A DNA stretch of 64,000 nucleotides, taken from contig NC_042998.1 of NCBI RefSeq assembly GCF_006345805.1, positions 101,928,001 through 101,992,000 on the forward strand, given 5' to 3'. The translations under genes were made by a program, and so were the position numbers. The DNA is from Octopus sinensis (lineage: Eukaryota). The notes under the pieces are model-generated. The model did not search any database. It had not been told where the DNA came from and saw nothing but the letters and a program-made list of their open reading frames with translations. Shown here piece after piece: positions 36,873-49,990 of this stretch. The first letter of the stretch is position 1. Every line of letters begins with the position of its first letter.

Positions 36873-37781
36873 GCATATGTGTGCACAGGATGTCATGGAA
36901 CGTGTACAACAAAAAATACGAAGTACGAGTACATGGAAAATATGAACTATGTTTTCGAACAATCGAAAGACACAAATGGAAAACAAGACAAACGACATAA
37001 AGGACGACCCTTTATCAGTTGTTAGCTGTTTTTGTACTCTCGTATCTAAAGCATTAACAACAATATACGCTTTCGATAAAAGAGTTGCTCCCGCAAAATA
37101 AATTAGGTAAAACGTGGTATTTTGCGCAGGGTCAAAATTGGTAACCCAAACAGGACAGTGAAAACAAACTGGAAGGGCTGCTAAGCCTAAACGAGGTTGT
37201 TGTGGCGAACGCGTACATCAGGCTGGACAGGAGACAGACAAGAACACGTCTTCCTTGTTCCAGCTACAACGGAGAGAAATAAAGAAACCCATGTTAGGAG
37301 AAGAAAGAAAGATGACCGATGGTCACGTCGGAGCCAGGTGAGCAAGGGAGGAGGAGTGAGAGTGACAGCGTAATAAGATAGAATAGTGGGAGAAGAGGAC
37401 GTATTGGCTTGAAGAGATTGTTATCAGTCACGGACTGGTTCAGACCAACAAATTCAGGAGTTTTTTGCTCATAAGAACGATTAGGAGAGCTTTCCGAGCT
37501 CCTGTACCATCGTAATAACCATTAGACTCATCCAGCTCTTTCCGAATTCTCTTCAGATTGACTCCCAAACCCTCTGAAATTGGAGCTTCTGGCGCAAATG
37601 CCAAACTGTTCAGTATGTTGTTTCCCAATTTTTGGCAAACAGAATTGAGTCATGTTGCTGTTTTTCACACCTACGGTACCCAATTGACCCTACTATACTG
37701 TGTATTCGACAAAATACAAAACAAACAATGCGAATGCGTGAAATTCAAAAATATAAGAGGTGGCAATTTACACATCATAAC
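35893..37781. repeat. Tandem duplication of a ~910 bp unit (35893-36802 and 36873-37781), about 99% identical
   Basis: Direct end-to-end alignment. The differences are mostly 1-2 bp indels, and the units are separated by (TA)n. Confidence 0.95.
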
Positions 37782-37794
37782 ATATATATATATA

Positions 37795-37861
<67 letters not shown>

Positions 37862-37863
<2 letters not shown>

Positions 37864-38075
37864 CGGGAAGGTTTACGAAAATAAACAAAAGACGAAGGCA
37901 GGTGGAGTACAAACGCACAAATGTATTAGTATAGCGCTCAGGAATAGAAATAGAAAAAGTCTTTTACGTTTCGAGCCTACGCTCTTCGACAGAAAGATAC
38001 ACAGAAAAAAACAAGCAGAGAAACAAGGAGAGAAAAAAATGCGTGTAGGAGCTAACGATCTATCATGGCGTCCAG
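37862..38075 (-). mobile_element. (TA)n-anchored HHR-family repeat, with the HHR at 37960-37997
   Basis: The minus strand reads TCTTT-CTGTCGA-A-GAGC-GTAG-GCTC-GAAA-CG-TA-AAAGA. Confidence 0.85.
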
Positions 38076-38824
38076 ATATATGTGTGTGTGTGTGTGTGTG
38101 CATATAATATGCAAATGACTAGTGAAATATTTTGGGTATAAAAGGAATAAAATAAAACTGTTTGATTGGCGCAGCTACGTGTCTTACTATATATGCTTTC
38201 TCTCATTTTTACGTGGTGTTTCGATCTAATGCCAGACAAATATCTAATTAGAATTTGTCGATGCTGAGCTGAATGTGTCTAAACGCAAATGATTATTGTA
38301 TTTTTTCTGCCAGTCTTTCGTTACTTTGTCCCGTTTCCGAAAATATTATATATTGGCAAAATTGAGAAATATCACGCACAGGTAACAAGCTAAGTTTTCA
38401 GCTTCCAGGTACAAGATAGTCTTTCAGTGCGGGCTCAGGATAATTAGCCATTACCAAATCATTTTTCTCCGCTCAGTTAATGGTAGCCAGCTTAGAAATG
38501 TCAGGACAATTTCTTTTCAATTTCATGCCGAAAAGGTATTATATGTTTTGTGAGTTATCTCGCAGTAATATGATGTTAGAAATCAATAGTTCTATGCATT
38601 GCGAAAGAACAGCAATATGTATAACGAAATGTTAGTACAAGCAGGCTGGCAGGAATCACCATACATCACTTCACTTCAGATAAAACCAAGCTTGCTCCAC
38701 CCAGCTTGTAGTTTCACAATTTTACGTACATTCATGCATGCATGCATACATTCATACGCAGTTACAGACATAAGCGCAGATACGTACAGATGCACACGCA
38801 CGCACAGATATAATATACATACAG

Positions 38825-39450
38825 GCCAGTGTTTTCGGGTTCAGTCCTACTGCAAAATATCTCGGACAAGTGTTTCCTGCTATAGTTATAGCCCGACTAG
38901 TGTGTCGTGAATGAGTTTCATTGAACTAAACACTGTGGAAACTCGATGTATGTCTGCAAATTTCCTTGACTCCACCAGTGGGGTGTATGTCTCCCGTTGG
39001 GAATCATGGAGGAAAGAGAAATTATAAGAAAATATTACGTGCTGTGAGACAAGTGTCATAGTAGTTATGGAGACAGGAAGTGGGAAGTTAGGGGTGGATT
39101 TTGAATAGAGGGGTAGCCATTTTGTTTGCCATCGATATGCTGAATGATTTACTGTTTCAGTATTTAAGGATAAATACTAAATACAGAAACTGATGATAGT
39201 TGTGTGAAAAGGTTCTGATGACTCAGTGATAGTGTTAGCTATATGCCATGCTCTATTATGTGAATCTTATCATGCAAGTCTCTCTGTATTTTTGACTTCC
39301 GGTGTTGCATTGCTTACGTATTCATACTAGAGTAGTTTGACAAAAGAGATGGATCCACTGAATATCAGGCGTAAAACTAATTCGGTGATTAATATTTTCG
39401 ACTGAAATCCTCCGTGGTGATCGCAGTCAGATGAGTGAAACAATTAAAAG
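38825..39450 (+). mobile_element. Old SINE family A remnants (head at about 38825-38955, tail at about 39300-39450)
   Basis: GGGTTCAGTCC and AATATTTTCGACT..CGCAGTCAGATGAGTGAAACAA. Confidence 0.5.
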
Positions 39451-39502
39451 GTAGAAATTATGGATATAAGCACATACGCGTGGGCGCACGACACTCATTC
39501 GC

Positions 39503-39533
<31 letters not shown>

Positions 39534-39577
39534 ATATTATATATATATATATACATATATATATATTATATATATAT

Positions 39578-39686
<109 letters not shown>

Positions 39687-39825
39687 TAATATCATATATT
39701 ATATAGAGGGCACTATTACACATAGATGCCGCACGCTAGGAGGGACTTTTAAAATCAAAACTACTAAAATAAATAAATTGTACCGAATGCAATCTTCGAA
39801 GCGAGTCATTTAAAAACAGAATTTA

Positions 39826-39890
39826 GTTACATATCTCCTGTGATTTCGCAATCAATGCAGTATATGTATTTTATGTTCTTCAGTGCAACG
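39826..39890 (-). ncRNA. Type I hammerhead candidate, downstream copy
   Basis: GTTGCA-CTGAAGA..GAAA-TCAC-AG-GAGA-TA-TGTAAC. Stem I is 6 bp, stem III has one mismatch, and the stem II base is weak. Confidence 0.65.
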
Positions 39891-40317
39891 AACTCAAGAC
39901 ATGTATTAATAAACAAACACAACATACCAGATAAGCAACCGCAGCGTTCATCGCAGCATATAGGAATGTATATCCTTACATATCTATGTAAATGGCGGGC
40001 TTTTCGAACTGCATTTCGGTAACAACGTGCTTACTCGGAACAAAAATTCAGTATTGAACTATTCCAGTGAAAAATATAAATTTAAAAATAGGATAAAATC
40101 TTCATAAGAAATTATCAAGCAGTTAGCGTGAAAAAACCTCGTAAGAGAAAAAATCCGTAAATTTTTTCAACTTGAAAATATTTATTTATATTATATAGAG
40201 GGCACTGTTACACATAGATGCCGACAACTAGGAGGAACTTTTAAAGTCAAAACTACTAAAATAAACAAATTGTACCGAATGCAATCTTCGAAGCGAGTCA
40301 TTTAAAAACAGAATTTA

Positions 40318-40381
40318 GTTACATATCACCTGTGATTTCGCAATCAATGCAGTATATGCATTTTATTTTCTTCAGTGCAGC
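40318..40381 (-). ncRNA. Type I hammerhead candidate, upstream copy
   Basis: GCTGCA-CTGAAGA..GAAA-TCAC-AG-GTGA-TA-TGTAAC. Stem III is a perfect palindrome (ATCAC-AG-GTGAT), and stem I has one mismatch. Confidence 0.68.
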
Positions 40382-40402
40382 GAACTCAAGACAGGTAAAA
40401 GA

Positions 40403-40460
<58 letters not shown>

Positions 40461-40476
40461 TATTATATATATATAT

Positions 40477-40539
<63 letters not shown>

Positions 40540-42837
40540 AAATATATATATAATGTAATATATAATATATATGTATATATGTATAATACATATAAATATG
40601 TATTAGTTTATATATCTAGGTTTAAATATATAAGGAATAGTATCTAACATAAAAATAATAGCCAGTTATGAATAATAATACACTACATCAAATTAAATTT
40701 GCGTTTTTGATTGAAATGGAAAGCATTTCCTTCTAATATTCAGTTATTAATATTTATAGACAGCGGACATTGCCCAATCTAACTAGCCAGAGATAAGTTG
40801 ACCGCTACACACACACACACACACATACACACACATACACACACACAGGCACACATACACATACATGTGTGTGTGTGTGTGCATAACGTTTCTAAAATCT
40901 TGACCGAACATCGTTTTAACTGCATTGAATGCATTGACTACAATAGCAACCTACACCAACGCCTGACAAAAATAAGCGAATTCTGATTTCAATTCTGATT
41001 TCAATTCTACAACTAAAAAGATTGTCAAACAACGGAAAATAGTTAAGCTTAATGATAAATGTTTCTTTGTAATCGTGTGTTCAAATCTAGGAGGAAAATA
41101 TATTTCCAAAATTAGACAATGCTATAGAAAGACAAGCATTTGAGTTTATCTTCCTTAATAAAATTTCTGAGATACCTATGACTCTGATCCTTTAAAAGTA
41201 TGAAGTTGATTATTTCAAGGAAACGTTCTATAACATGTTTAATATTTAACTTATTTCGTCGCTAGTTGACTACGCTCATAATGCCATGATCAGAGGAGAA
41301 ATCAAGAAAACTGAACTTTCATCTTAATTATAATTATTTCAGCATTTCTCCCATAATTGCTGGTGTACATTTGATGTCATACTGACAGGTTTTTTCAGTG
41401 GGATATTAGCATTTGCCAAGTTTCTTCTAAGCACGTCCTTATTATCAATAACATACATTGTTTTGTTTAATGTCACAAAGTGTAACATCCTCTTTCATAG
41501 TAACACCAAAGGGAGCAATACAAATGAAGATTAGCTGTTATGTGTTGCTTTGTATGTCTGGTCATTCCTTGTGAAGCAGGCAGAAGGCAGCTGGATTGTT
41601 TAAATAATACTTAAGTTTTACTTGCAACATCAGAGGGAAACTCATTTTTGCTATGTCGTATGAAATAAGCCTCTGTTCTATTTGATGTTGAACTGTGTAT
41701 TTTTAAAATTTATTACTGCAACATGAGCTATGTTATTCTTCAAAAAGCCTCTATTAGAATGTTGGCGTTTAGCACGTACAATATTCTACGATAGAAAACT
41801 AGCCTAAAGCGATATATTTCCTTACTTTTTTGAATATTATTTAGCTCATATCGGTGTTTCAAGTTTCTGGTTTACTATTAACTGAGATATGACAGACAAA
41901 ACATAAAGGTTTACCTCATTTAAAAGTGAATAAAAATTCTCACTCCCGCTATAGCTTAATATACCTATCACGGAATACTGCTCGTGCAAACCACCAATAT
42001 TCTGACAGCAAATTTGTTAAGAATATCATAGCTGATGCGGTTGCAGTATTACATGAAAAAATCACAGAAGCTTCAGCAACAAATGTCGCAAAGATATGTT
42101 TCACACAACACTTCCGAAAGTCTTTCTTTTTATAACTTCAAGTTGAAAACAAAAAAAAAAAAACTAGATTAAAATGCTTCTCAACTTCATATTGTACATT
42201 TTTAGAATTTGCTGATATATTCTGTGACAAAATTCTCACAAATACCTGTGCAAAAATATTGTAAGTGGAAAGTTACGGCTAGATCCACCACCAAAAGTTA
42301 TGCATGTGTAGTTAACAATAATTCGAATTACATATTTCAATGGTTGAAAAGATTTTGATCTATGTTTGTTTCTTTTTCTCTATGTATGTAACTCTAATAT
42401 TTCTTATAAATGTTTTACAATAAAAGGAGGTTAGAGTAAGAAGCTTGATTTGAGTTCACATCTTATTTTCAGATATTCATTCTTAGATAGAGTTAAAATG
42501 TTTTTTTTTCTTGTAAGCACCATTTTTCGAAATGTTTCACTTATATTTGGGATGTAGTTGACTGCCTGTTCCCTAGTTGTTGCGGGCACTTTGGCTGCAA
42601 TAAATAAACGCACTGAAGTTCTGTTTTTGTCGACGATGCATTTAACCCCGTTCAGAACAAGACAGTCACGTTTCTGGTTCAAGGTTTATCAACCTTGGTA
42701 ATTGCACCCTGTAAGTGCAAGGAACTGATTATATTATCTAAGGTAATATTTCTTTGGAATATTAATTCATAAGATAAGCTGCCGTATTACAACAATTAGA
42801 GTCATACGAAAACATTCAAGGAATTTAAAAATAAATA

Positions 42838-43003
42838 GGCACAAGCCCTAAATTTTGGAGGAAGGGGGCCAGTCGATCAGATCAACCCCAGTACGTAACT
42901 GGTACTTAATTTATCGACGCCCGGAAGGATGAAAGGCAAAATCAACCTCGGAGGAATTTGAACTCAGCACGTAAAGATAGACGAAATACGCTAAGCATTT
43001 CGC
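42838..43003 (-). mobile_element. SINE family B, partial
   Basis: CTGGTACTTAATTTATCGAC..GGATGAAAGGCAAA..GGAATTTGAACTCAG. Homologous to 55651-55866. Confidence 0.8.
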
Positions 43004-43089
43004 ATTGTTTTATTTCCCACAAGGGGACAACACAGAGGGAACAGTACAATCTGATATGGAGTCAGATTAAACGTATGAATTGACACGAA

Positions 43090-46000
43090 GATGAATTTTA
43101 AAAATTTCATATAAATATGAAGAGTTTGAATGATAACAAGACAACATTACAGAATGGAGTGGGGAGGCGGGATATGCTCGGACCCCACAGATGTTTTAGG
43201 TTCATCCTGCATTGTATTCATGCAGTCCGATCCATATGCAACATTCGCACGACATTCTTCCATCGATCTTGAAACATTTTCGCAGACAGGCATTTTCTCT
43301 CTACCCTTACTTTCCTTCTTAGGTGGAAGGTGAAGAAATTCACCAGCCAAGGGCCAGAGATAAAAATGCTTATTATTAACCTTTTCACCCGCGACTTCCA
43401 AATTACCTCTCTTGCAATTGCTACTACGCTGAAAAAGCAATTCTTACCAACTTTCGATTGGAAATCCGGTGGGTCAATTTTTACTATTGACTCAGTCGAT
43501 AGCTGTACTCTTCCTGTACTTGGCAAAAGTTGTTCGGCATAAACCCACACATCTGACACCTCCGAACACTCAACTATAGCATGCGGGACAGTCTACTTGT
43601 CCCGGCCACATCTTGGACAGGTCGGTGGGCCAGGGCCACCATGTCTTGCGAGCTTGTCCCGGACAGGTAAGGCTCCTCTGTAACATTACCATGCCAAATA
43701 CTTCTGGAAATTATCGTGTGTCTTCGGCCCGGATGTACGTTGGAACACACTGGCTAGCTGATTATCATCGGAACCTAGGGCTTCCCGAAAGGTATCGTCA
43801 CATTTCGTCTCTACCAACTCTCCATAGAACAATGTGGGAGAAGCGCTACCGCTGGCGGTACCCGGGAGAAGGAATATCCGGAGAGCCTTGCAACACACTG
43901 TAACCCATGTACCCAACTTCAATCTACAATAGAACCAGGTTTCCAATCCACCGAAACAAGTGAACTTGGAAACATCTGTTTCGCCTGTGGAAACCACACC
44001 CGTTCACCATCCAGATTGAGTCACAGATACCTTAACCTCAGCGCGTGCCTGCGCATCATTAGCCAAGGCATCTCCAGATCACTCTTTAATGGTTGTTGGC
44101 AGCAAATAGAGCGTCTCGCAAGCGGCTTCGAGCCTTTCCACAAGAAGCGGAAGAGCTGCTTTTCCAGCTTGCTCAACCACGAATCAGGGCAGGGAACGAC
44201 GGTTAGGCGGTAGGTGATGACCGATGCGATGAGCAAATTGGCTACCTCCGCTCTTTCTTTCAGGAAGAGCCACCGACAATACCAGGTTTTGGTTATGTTG
44301 GCCACCCGGCTCGCTACCTCAGCCCAGTTCTTCTCTGTTTAGAGACCTGGTCCAAACCAGATTCCTAGCAACTTAATTGAGCCCATCGTTCAATGTCCCA
44401 CGACGCTGTCAGGAGGCATCAACTTGCTTCTCCAGGTGCCGAGCTGCAAGCAAACTGACCTTTCTCGATTACTCTTTGCTCCTGCCACCGTCTCGTATTT
44501 CTTAATGGTCTTGCCTACCCTCTGAAGGTGATCTATTTCGGTTACGATGATGGTGATGTCCTTGTACGCTGAAACCGACTCTCCACAATCTGGCTCTCTC
44601 GGGATGTCGCTCAATTTTCGAAGCAATGGCTCAAGAGCCATTACATACAGAATCGGGGAGAATGGACACCCTTGTCGGACCGAGCCTTTGACGTTGAAAA
44701 GCTTAGATAAAAAGCCGTTCATTCGAACTACTGAATCGATGTTGTAATAAATTTCGATGATCTACCTGAGTAAGGCAAGACCCAGACCAGACTGTGCCAG
44801 AACGGACACCAGGTAATGATGGTCCACCCTATCAAAAGCCTTTGACTGGTGTAAATGGACCACTGCACCTTCCTTGCAAGAATCATTATTAAACCCCTCT
44901 AGAGTGTTCCGTAGAAGTTGGAGAGTATCCTGAATGGTTCTACCGGGAACGGCACATGTCTGTGCCTTGTCGATCAAGTCATCCGCGACACGCGGTAATC
45001 TTTTCGATAATACTCTGGCCAAAATCTTCAACTCTCTGTCTAGCACTGATGGGCCGAAAATTGTCAATGTAATCCCCCTTGCTCGGGTCCTTTCTGACAA
45101 GCGTCACTATTCCCCGGTGCACAGATCTGAGAATGAACCTATTCTGATGCCAGTTTGCGTTGACATCCGTCAGCAGGTGCCCGTACAAGTCCGCCATACA
45201 CTTATACAGTTCATAGGGCAGACCATCCAGCCCCAGCGCCTTACGCGCGCTGCAGTCCGCCGTAGCCTCAATTACCTTCTTAGGCGTGATCGGCTCTTCA
45301 CATCACTCCGCCACCTACCCCAAGAGAAGCGGCAGTCCGGCGATGAAGTCCGCCACCCCACGGGAATAGCTGCGTGAAGTGCTCCTGAAAGACATCACAC
45401 ATTACCTCGGGCTCGTTCATCAACTTACCTCAATGGTTCGTCAAAGATTGAATTGTGCCACCATTTCCACATTGGGCTTCTACCACTCGAGCCCATCCTG
45501 CGGCCTTGATTCCTTCACAACTCCATGCACGAATCCTAGCTCTGATAATGCAACCCATATGATAGGCGTCGAGGTGCTGATTTAACGCCAGTCTCTTGGC
45601 CGTCACCTGAGCTGCAGAGCCAGATTCCATTGCTTCATCTACGTCCTAAGCTAATGCTAATCCCTTCCTAGCCTCTGTTGCCACTCAATCCATGCTATAT
45701 CTAATAGACCCAAATTTAATGGCTCCCTTGGGATCATACCACGATTAGTAACAGATCCGGTTAATGCCCTTTGAATCAATAACTTAATCCAGTCTCTGTA
45801 CTCCTTAATCGCCAAAAGGGACGTATTAAGTTTCCAGTAACCGGATCCTCTCTATTATATAACTTATCTATGTCGAGCGTACATTTATTATTTTACGATC
45901 ACTGTAGCTGACCGGGAAAAACTGTGGACACCTAACATTATTCTTATCTGCTTTTCTAATTAACAACTTATCTAGATATGACCTGGAAGATCCATCGCTA

Positions 46001-47135
46001 TTTGACCATGTCCACGAGTGAGCGTTCGGAAATTCCAACCTATAAGTATCTGCTACCTCAAAGCACCTCAACAGTTCCAGAAATCAAGGATTACCTCTTC
46101 TATCAGAACACGAGCCAACATAATCTACGCGTGCGTTGCAGATTGTGTTATAGTCTCCTAGTACAACTAGAGAATGTGATGTACCGAGAAACTTCTCCAG
46201 GTTCCGAAAATACTCACTTAGCCCGTTTTCAGGGGATTCATAAATTGCAACTAGTCTGATAATCTTATCACAACTGACCTTCAAATCCATGACGACTAGC
46301 TTACCTTCTGAATCTGAAAAAAAATTAACTTACCCTCAGAAACCCGGTTTCCTTTTATCAGGACCAACACCCCGCTCCCGCCAGAAGGACAGCCCAGAGA
46401 GAGAAAAACTCTAGTATTGAGGCCTCTAGTATTGTTATTTCTTCTTCGAGCCCAATTAGTATCTCTGAGCTTAGCTATATGACGTCAATTTCTGGAGGGA
46501 TCTCTTCTATTGTAATCTTTGATGTCTAAGTATGTTCTCAACAACACAATGGCTGTGGTTCTCAAAGGTTTCACTGAGTGTCTGTTAGCCTTCTATTTGC
46601 TCTTAAAAATAAACTACTACGGTTGCCAAAAGTTTCACTCTGGTCCTGCCAGATCGGTGTTAGGCATTTTTCTATTTCTTACTGTGGTGCTTTGTCGATT
46701 TGTTTGTCTTTTATTACCAGGGTTTTAAACACGATTATTTTCTTAGCAGTTTTTCTATATTTTCGGTCGGGAGGGTGGCTTTTATGTCGTGTCCCTCCTT
46801 CGAAAACATGTTTTGATGCTGCATTATCACACTTCATTCTATACACATGTTTTTTCTTTTTTGACTCCAGTCGCAACTGCACATTTATCTTGTTTGGCTG
46901 TTCAACAGGTTTCTCTGCCGTCGGCATGCTTAACATTTCATTCAATTTATCACAATTTGTTTTCCTCTTTAGAGGAAGTATTCATTTTTAACAAAGTTTG
47001 TGGAACAAATCCACAAAAATAGATAATTCCCCACCCAGACAGAGGTGAATAAAATTTTACACCGTCTGTCACACGCAGAATGCTATTAATAACAACACAA
47101 CAAGGAAAAAAATTCAGTAACAACAATTTTAACAC
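43090..47135 (-). mobile_element. Near-full-length decayed L1/Tx1-type LINE (AP endonuclease, RT and CCHC)
   Basis: APE: SDSEGKLVVMD, RLVAIY, VLGDYN, WTWSN..SRSYLD, GYWKLNTSLL. RT: NFRPIS, ELKILARVLSKRL, QTCAVPGRTIQD, QSKAFDRVDH, SVRQGCPFSP, AYKD (decayed YADD). C-terminus: CPRCG..TVPHAIVEC. Confidence 0.92.
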
Positions 47136-47230
47136 TAACCTTCAAGTAAAAAACACCACTCAGTTATTCACATGTCACAATACTGCTAAGTATTTCGCCT
47201 GGCGTGCTAACGTTTCTTATTTTTTATTGT

Positions 47231-47441
47231 CCACAAGGAGCTAAACATAGAGGCGACAAACAAGGATAGAGAAACGCATTAAGTCGATTACCTCAGTGCT
47301 TAACTAGTACTTAATTTATCGACCCTGAAATTATGAAAGGGAAAGTCAACCTCGGCGGAATTTGAACTCAGAACTTAACGGCAGACGAAATCCCGCTAAG
47401 CATTTCACCCGGCGTGCAAACGTTTCTGCCAGGTCACCGCC
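47231..47441 (-). mobile_element. SINE family B, full length
   Basis: tRNA-like head (TGGCAGAAACG, GAGTTCAAATTCC) and central block GTTGACTTTCCCTTTCAT..GGTCGATAAATTAAGTAC. Confidence 0.85.
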
Positions 47442-47999
47442 TTAACTCATTTTAGATATTGGAATACAACAACTGAAGCATGCGTAAGGCCGGGTCTTTT
47501 CTGATAAAAAGTTTCAGCTTGAAACTCTCTTAGTAATGAGATTTCACGTAATCTTTCCATTAAAATCACGTTGTAATCCTTTGGCGTATCAGTTTCTATT
47601 TTTATTAGGTAAATAATAATGAAGTTGAACTACATATTTACGCACAATTTGTATTAGTTCTGATGGAAATAACAATCTCAGCCAACATATTTCTGTGGCC
47701 CGCACATCAAATATCAAGGAGCAGCATGTAACAGCCTGGCCGAGGTTTGGCTGAATCTCGACTGTTTTAATCACTGATTTTCATTTTGTTGTTGCATACC
47801 GATAATTTTGAAAGAACGCTTAGTTTTGTGAAAGATATCATGATCATTGTGAAGATATCATGATCATGAACGCATAGTTTTGTGCAGGATATCATGATCT
47901 TTTGGAATATATCTTGAATTATCAACATATAGCAATAATGATTTGTATTGATTTATACTTGTTTTACCACACACATTTTGAAGTAATACATATATATAT

Positions 48000-48142
48000 T
48001 TTTTTTCTGTGTCCCTTTCTGTAGAAGAGCGTAGGCTCGAAGCGTAAAATACTTTTTCAATTCCTGAGCGTTATACTAATACATCTGTTTGTTTTCTGCA
48101 CCACCTGTCTTCGTCTTTTGTTTTTTCGTGCACTCTCCCTAT
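48000..48142 (+). mobile_element. (TA)n-anchored HHR-family repeat with a mutated HHR (GAAG)
   Basis: CCCTTT-CTGTAGA-A-GAGC-GTAG-GCTC-GAAG-CGTA-AAAT, then TTCCTGAGCG..CTCCC-(TA)n. Confidence 0.8.
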
Positions 48143-49574
48143 ATATATATATATATATATATATAAGTTTATAAATACATATGTATATATATACATATAT
48201 GTATATAAGTAGATATATATGTGTGTGTATATATACATATATATATATATAAATATATATACATACGTATACTTATATATATATATATATATATATAAAA
48301 GAATACGTATGTATGTATATATATAGGTATATTATATATACATACACATATATATCTATTTATATACGTATACATTTATATGTGTGTGTGTATGTATGTA
48401 TATATGTATGTATATATGTATATGTATGTATGAACGCAGTTTAGAAGCTTCCTTCTTTTTCATTATAGGGCCATAGTTATAATGAAACATTATAAATTCT
48501 TATGAATATATGCCCTAAAACGAGCAAGTAAAGGAATGATACAGATGAACAAAGTGCTGTAGAATTACAATCGAAGGTATCATAGAGTGATATGGTCATT
48601 TTTGAAAGAATGTAATTTCATGTAATGTGCCTCACGCTTATATATTGCAATGTTTGAAATGATGGTCAATTACTTGTCATGATCAAGTATTTGTAAATTC
48701 CAATAGTCGATAGGACATATGTTATTGGAGTGTGCATTGAGGTAATCATGACAGATAATTGGATGTCACTTCTACAAATGATGGATACGTGCTAAATTTA
48801 ATTCAAGTACTGTTATTGAATGTACGAATGTGCATCGAAAAGCGAAAATATGATTGATGCAAAATGCATGAAGATAGTGTTCTCAATACAAGATTCATAG
48901 ATAACATGGTTGAAACATTACGATCAGCTGATTGCAGCTTTGGGGCTTGTGTACATGGCAGCCAAAGGCGAAGCAGCTCTTATCATAAATTGGCGAAAGA
49001 TAACGAAAATATTTGGTGGGTTTCCTTAAATTTCCTAAATATATCATCCTTCATTGGAAAAGATCAGTTTGAATATACACATATACACGCACATGGATAG
49101 ATAGATAAATAGATAGACATGTGTGTGTGTGTGTGTCAGTGGATGCATTTATGCGCATATATAACGATATAACGAATATATCGAATACAGCGAGAGTGAA
49201 AAAAGTGGGAATTCAGTGATGTTGTTTATGGGTATCATTTACATGTTTTATTAAAAGTGAATCGGATAGGAATTCAATATATATGATCCAATTTTGTTAT
49301 CACGCATGCAATAGATTGAGTGAAACATGATTTACTAACAGCTATCATCTTATGAATCATTAGAGAATATCAATCTTCCCATCGGTTGTTTAAAGCCTAA
49401 AAACGAGACTTTAGTGCAACAAAATAAGTTTATCAAAATCTGTGGACACTCTATACAATGGAGATTGCAGAAGGTCTTGACTATAGAGGTACCTAGTAAA
49501 AGGAAGCGACAAACATGTTGGTGTCTTATTAGATGTCTTTGTTATGCATCACCACACAATGAAGTAAATTTGGT

Positions 49575-49990
49575 TTGAAATTTTGGCACATAACCAGTAA
49601 TTTCAGGGGAGGGGCAAGTCGATTTAGCCGACCTCCAGCGCTTAACTGGTACTTGTTTTACCGACTCCGAAACGATGATAGGCAAATTCAATCTCGGCGG
49701 AATTTGAACTCAGAACGGAAGGAGAGAGGAAATGCCGTTAAGTATTTTCCCCAGCGTGCTAACAATTCTGGTAGCTGGCTGCTTTAGTACGATAAAATAA
49801 TATCGATTTCAAATTTTGTCACAAGGCCAGATATTTGGGGAAGTGGGTAAGTCAATTACATCGAATCCCAGTGCTTGACTGGTGTTTATTTTATTAATAC
49901 CGAAAAGCTGAAAGGAAAAGTCGATGTGCGCAAGATTTGATATCAAAATATAAGCACGGATGAAATGCGGCCAAACAACTTGCCCCGGGG
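49575..49990 (-). mobile_element. Two adjacent diverged SINE family B copies (about 49575-49783 and 49810-49990)
   Basis: Both carry the ACTGGT..TTT..CGA..GAAAGG.AAA.TC central block. Confidence 0.7.

Larger units (their letters stand above)
39695..40393 (-). mobile_element. Retrozyme-like / PLE-derived element: 207 bp direct terminal repeats, each with an HHR, period 492
   Basis: 39695-39901 matches 40187-40393 at about 94%. The HHRs are on the minus strand at 39826-39890 and 40318-40381. There is no ORF, and (TA)n lies on both flanks. Confidence 0.75.

Noticed and set aside
42431-42682. 83 aa minus-strand ORF of normal composition
   Set aside because: No recognisable motif and no convincing splice sites.
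47815-47915. Short tandem repeats of TTGTGAAGATATCATGATC
   Set aside because: There are only 3-4 irregular units with no unique spacers, so this is a local slippage repeat and not a CRISPR array.
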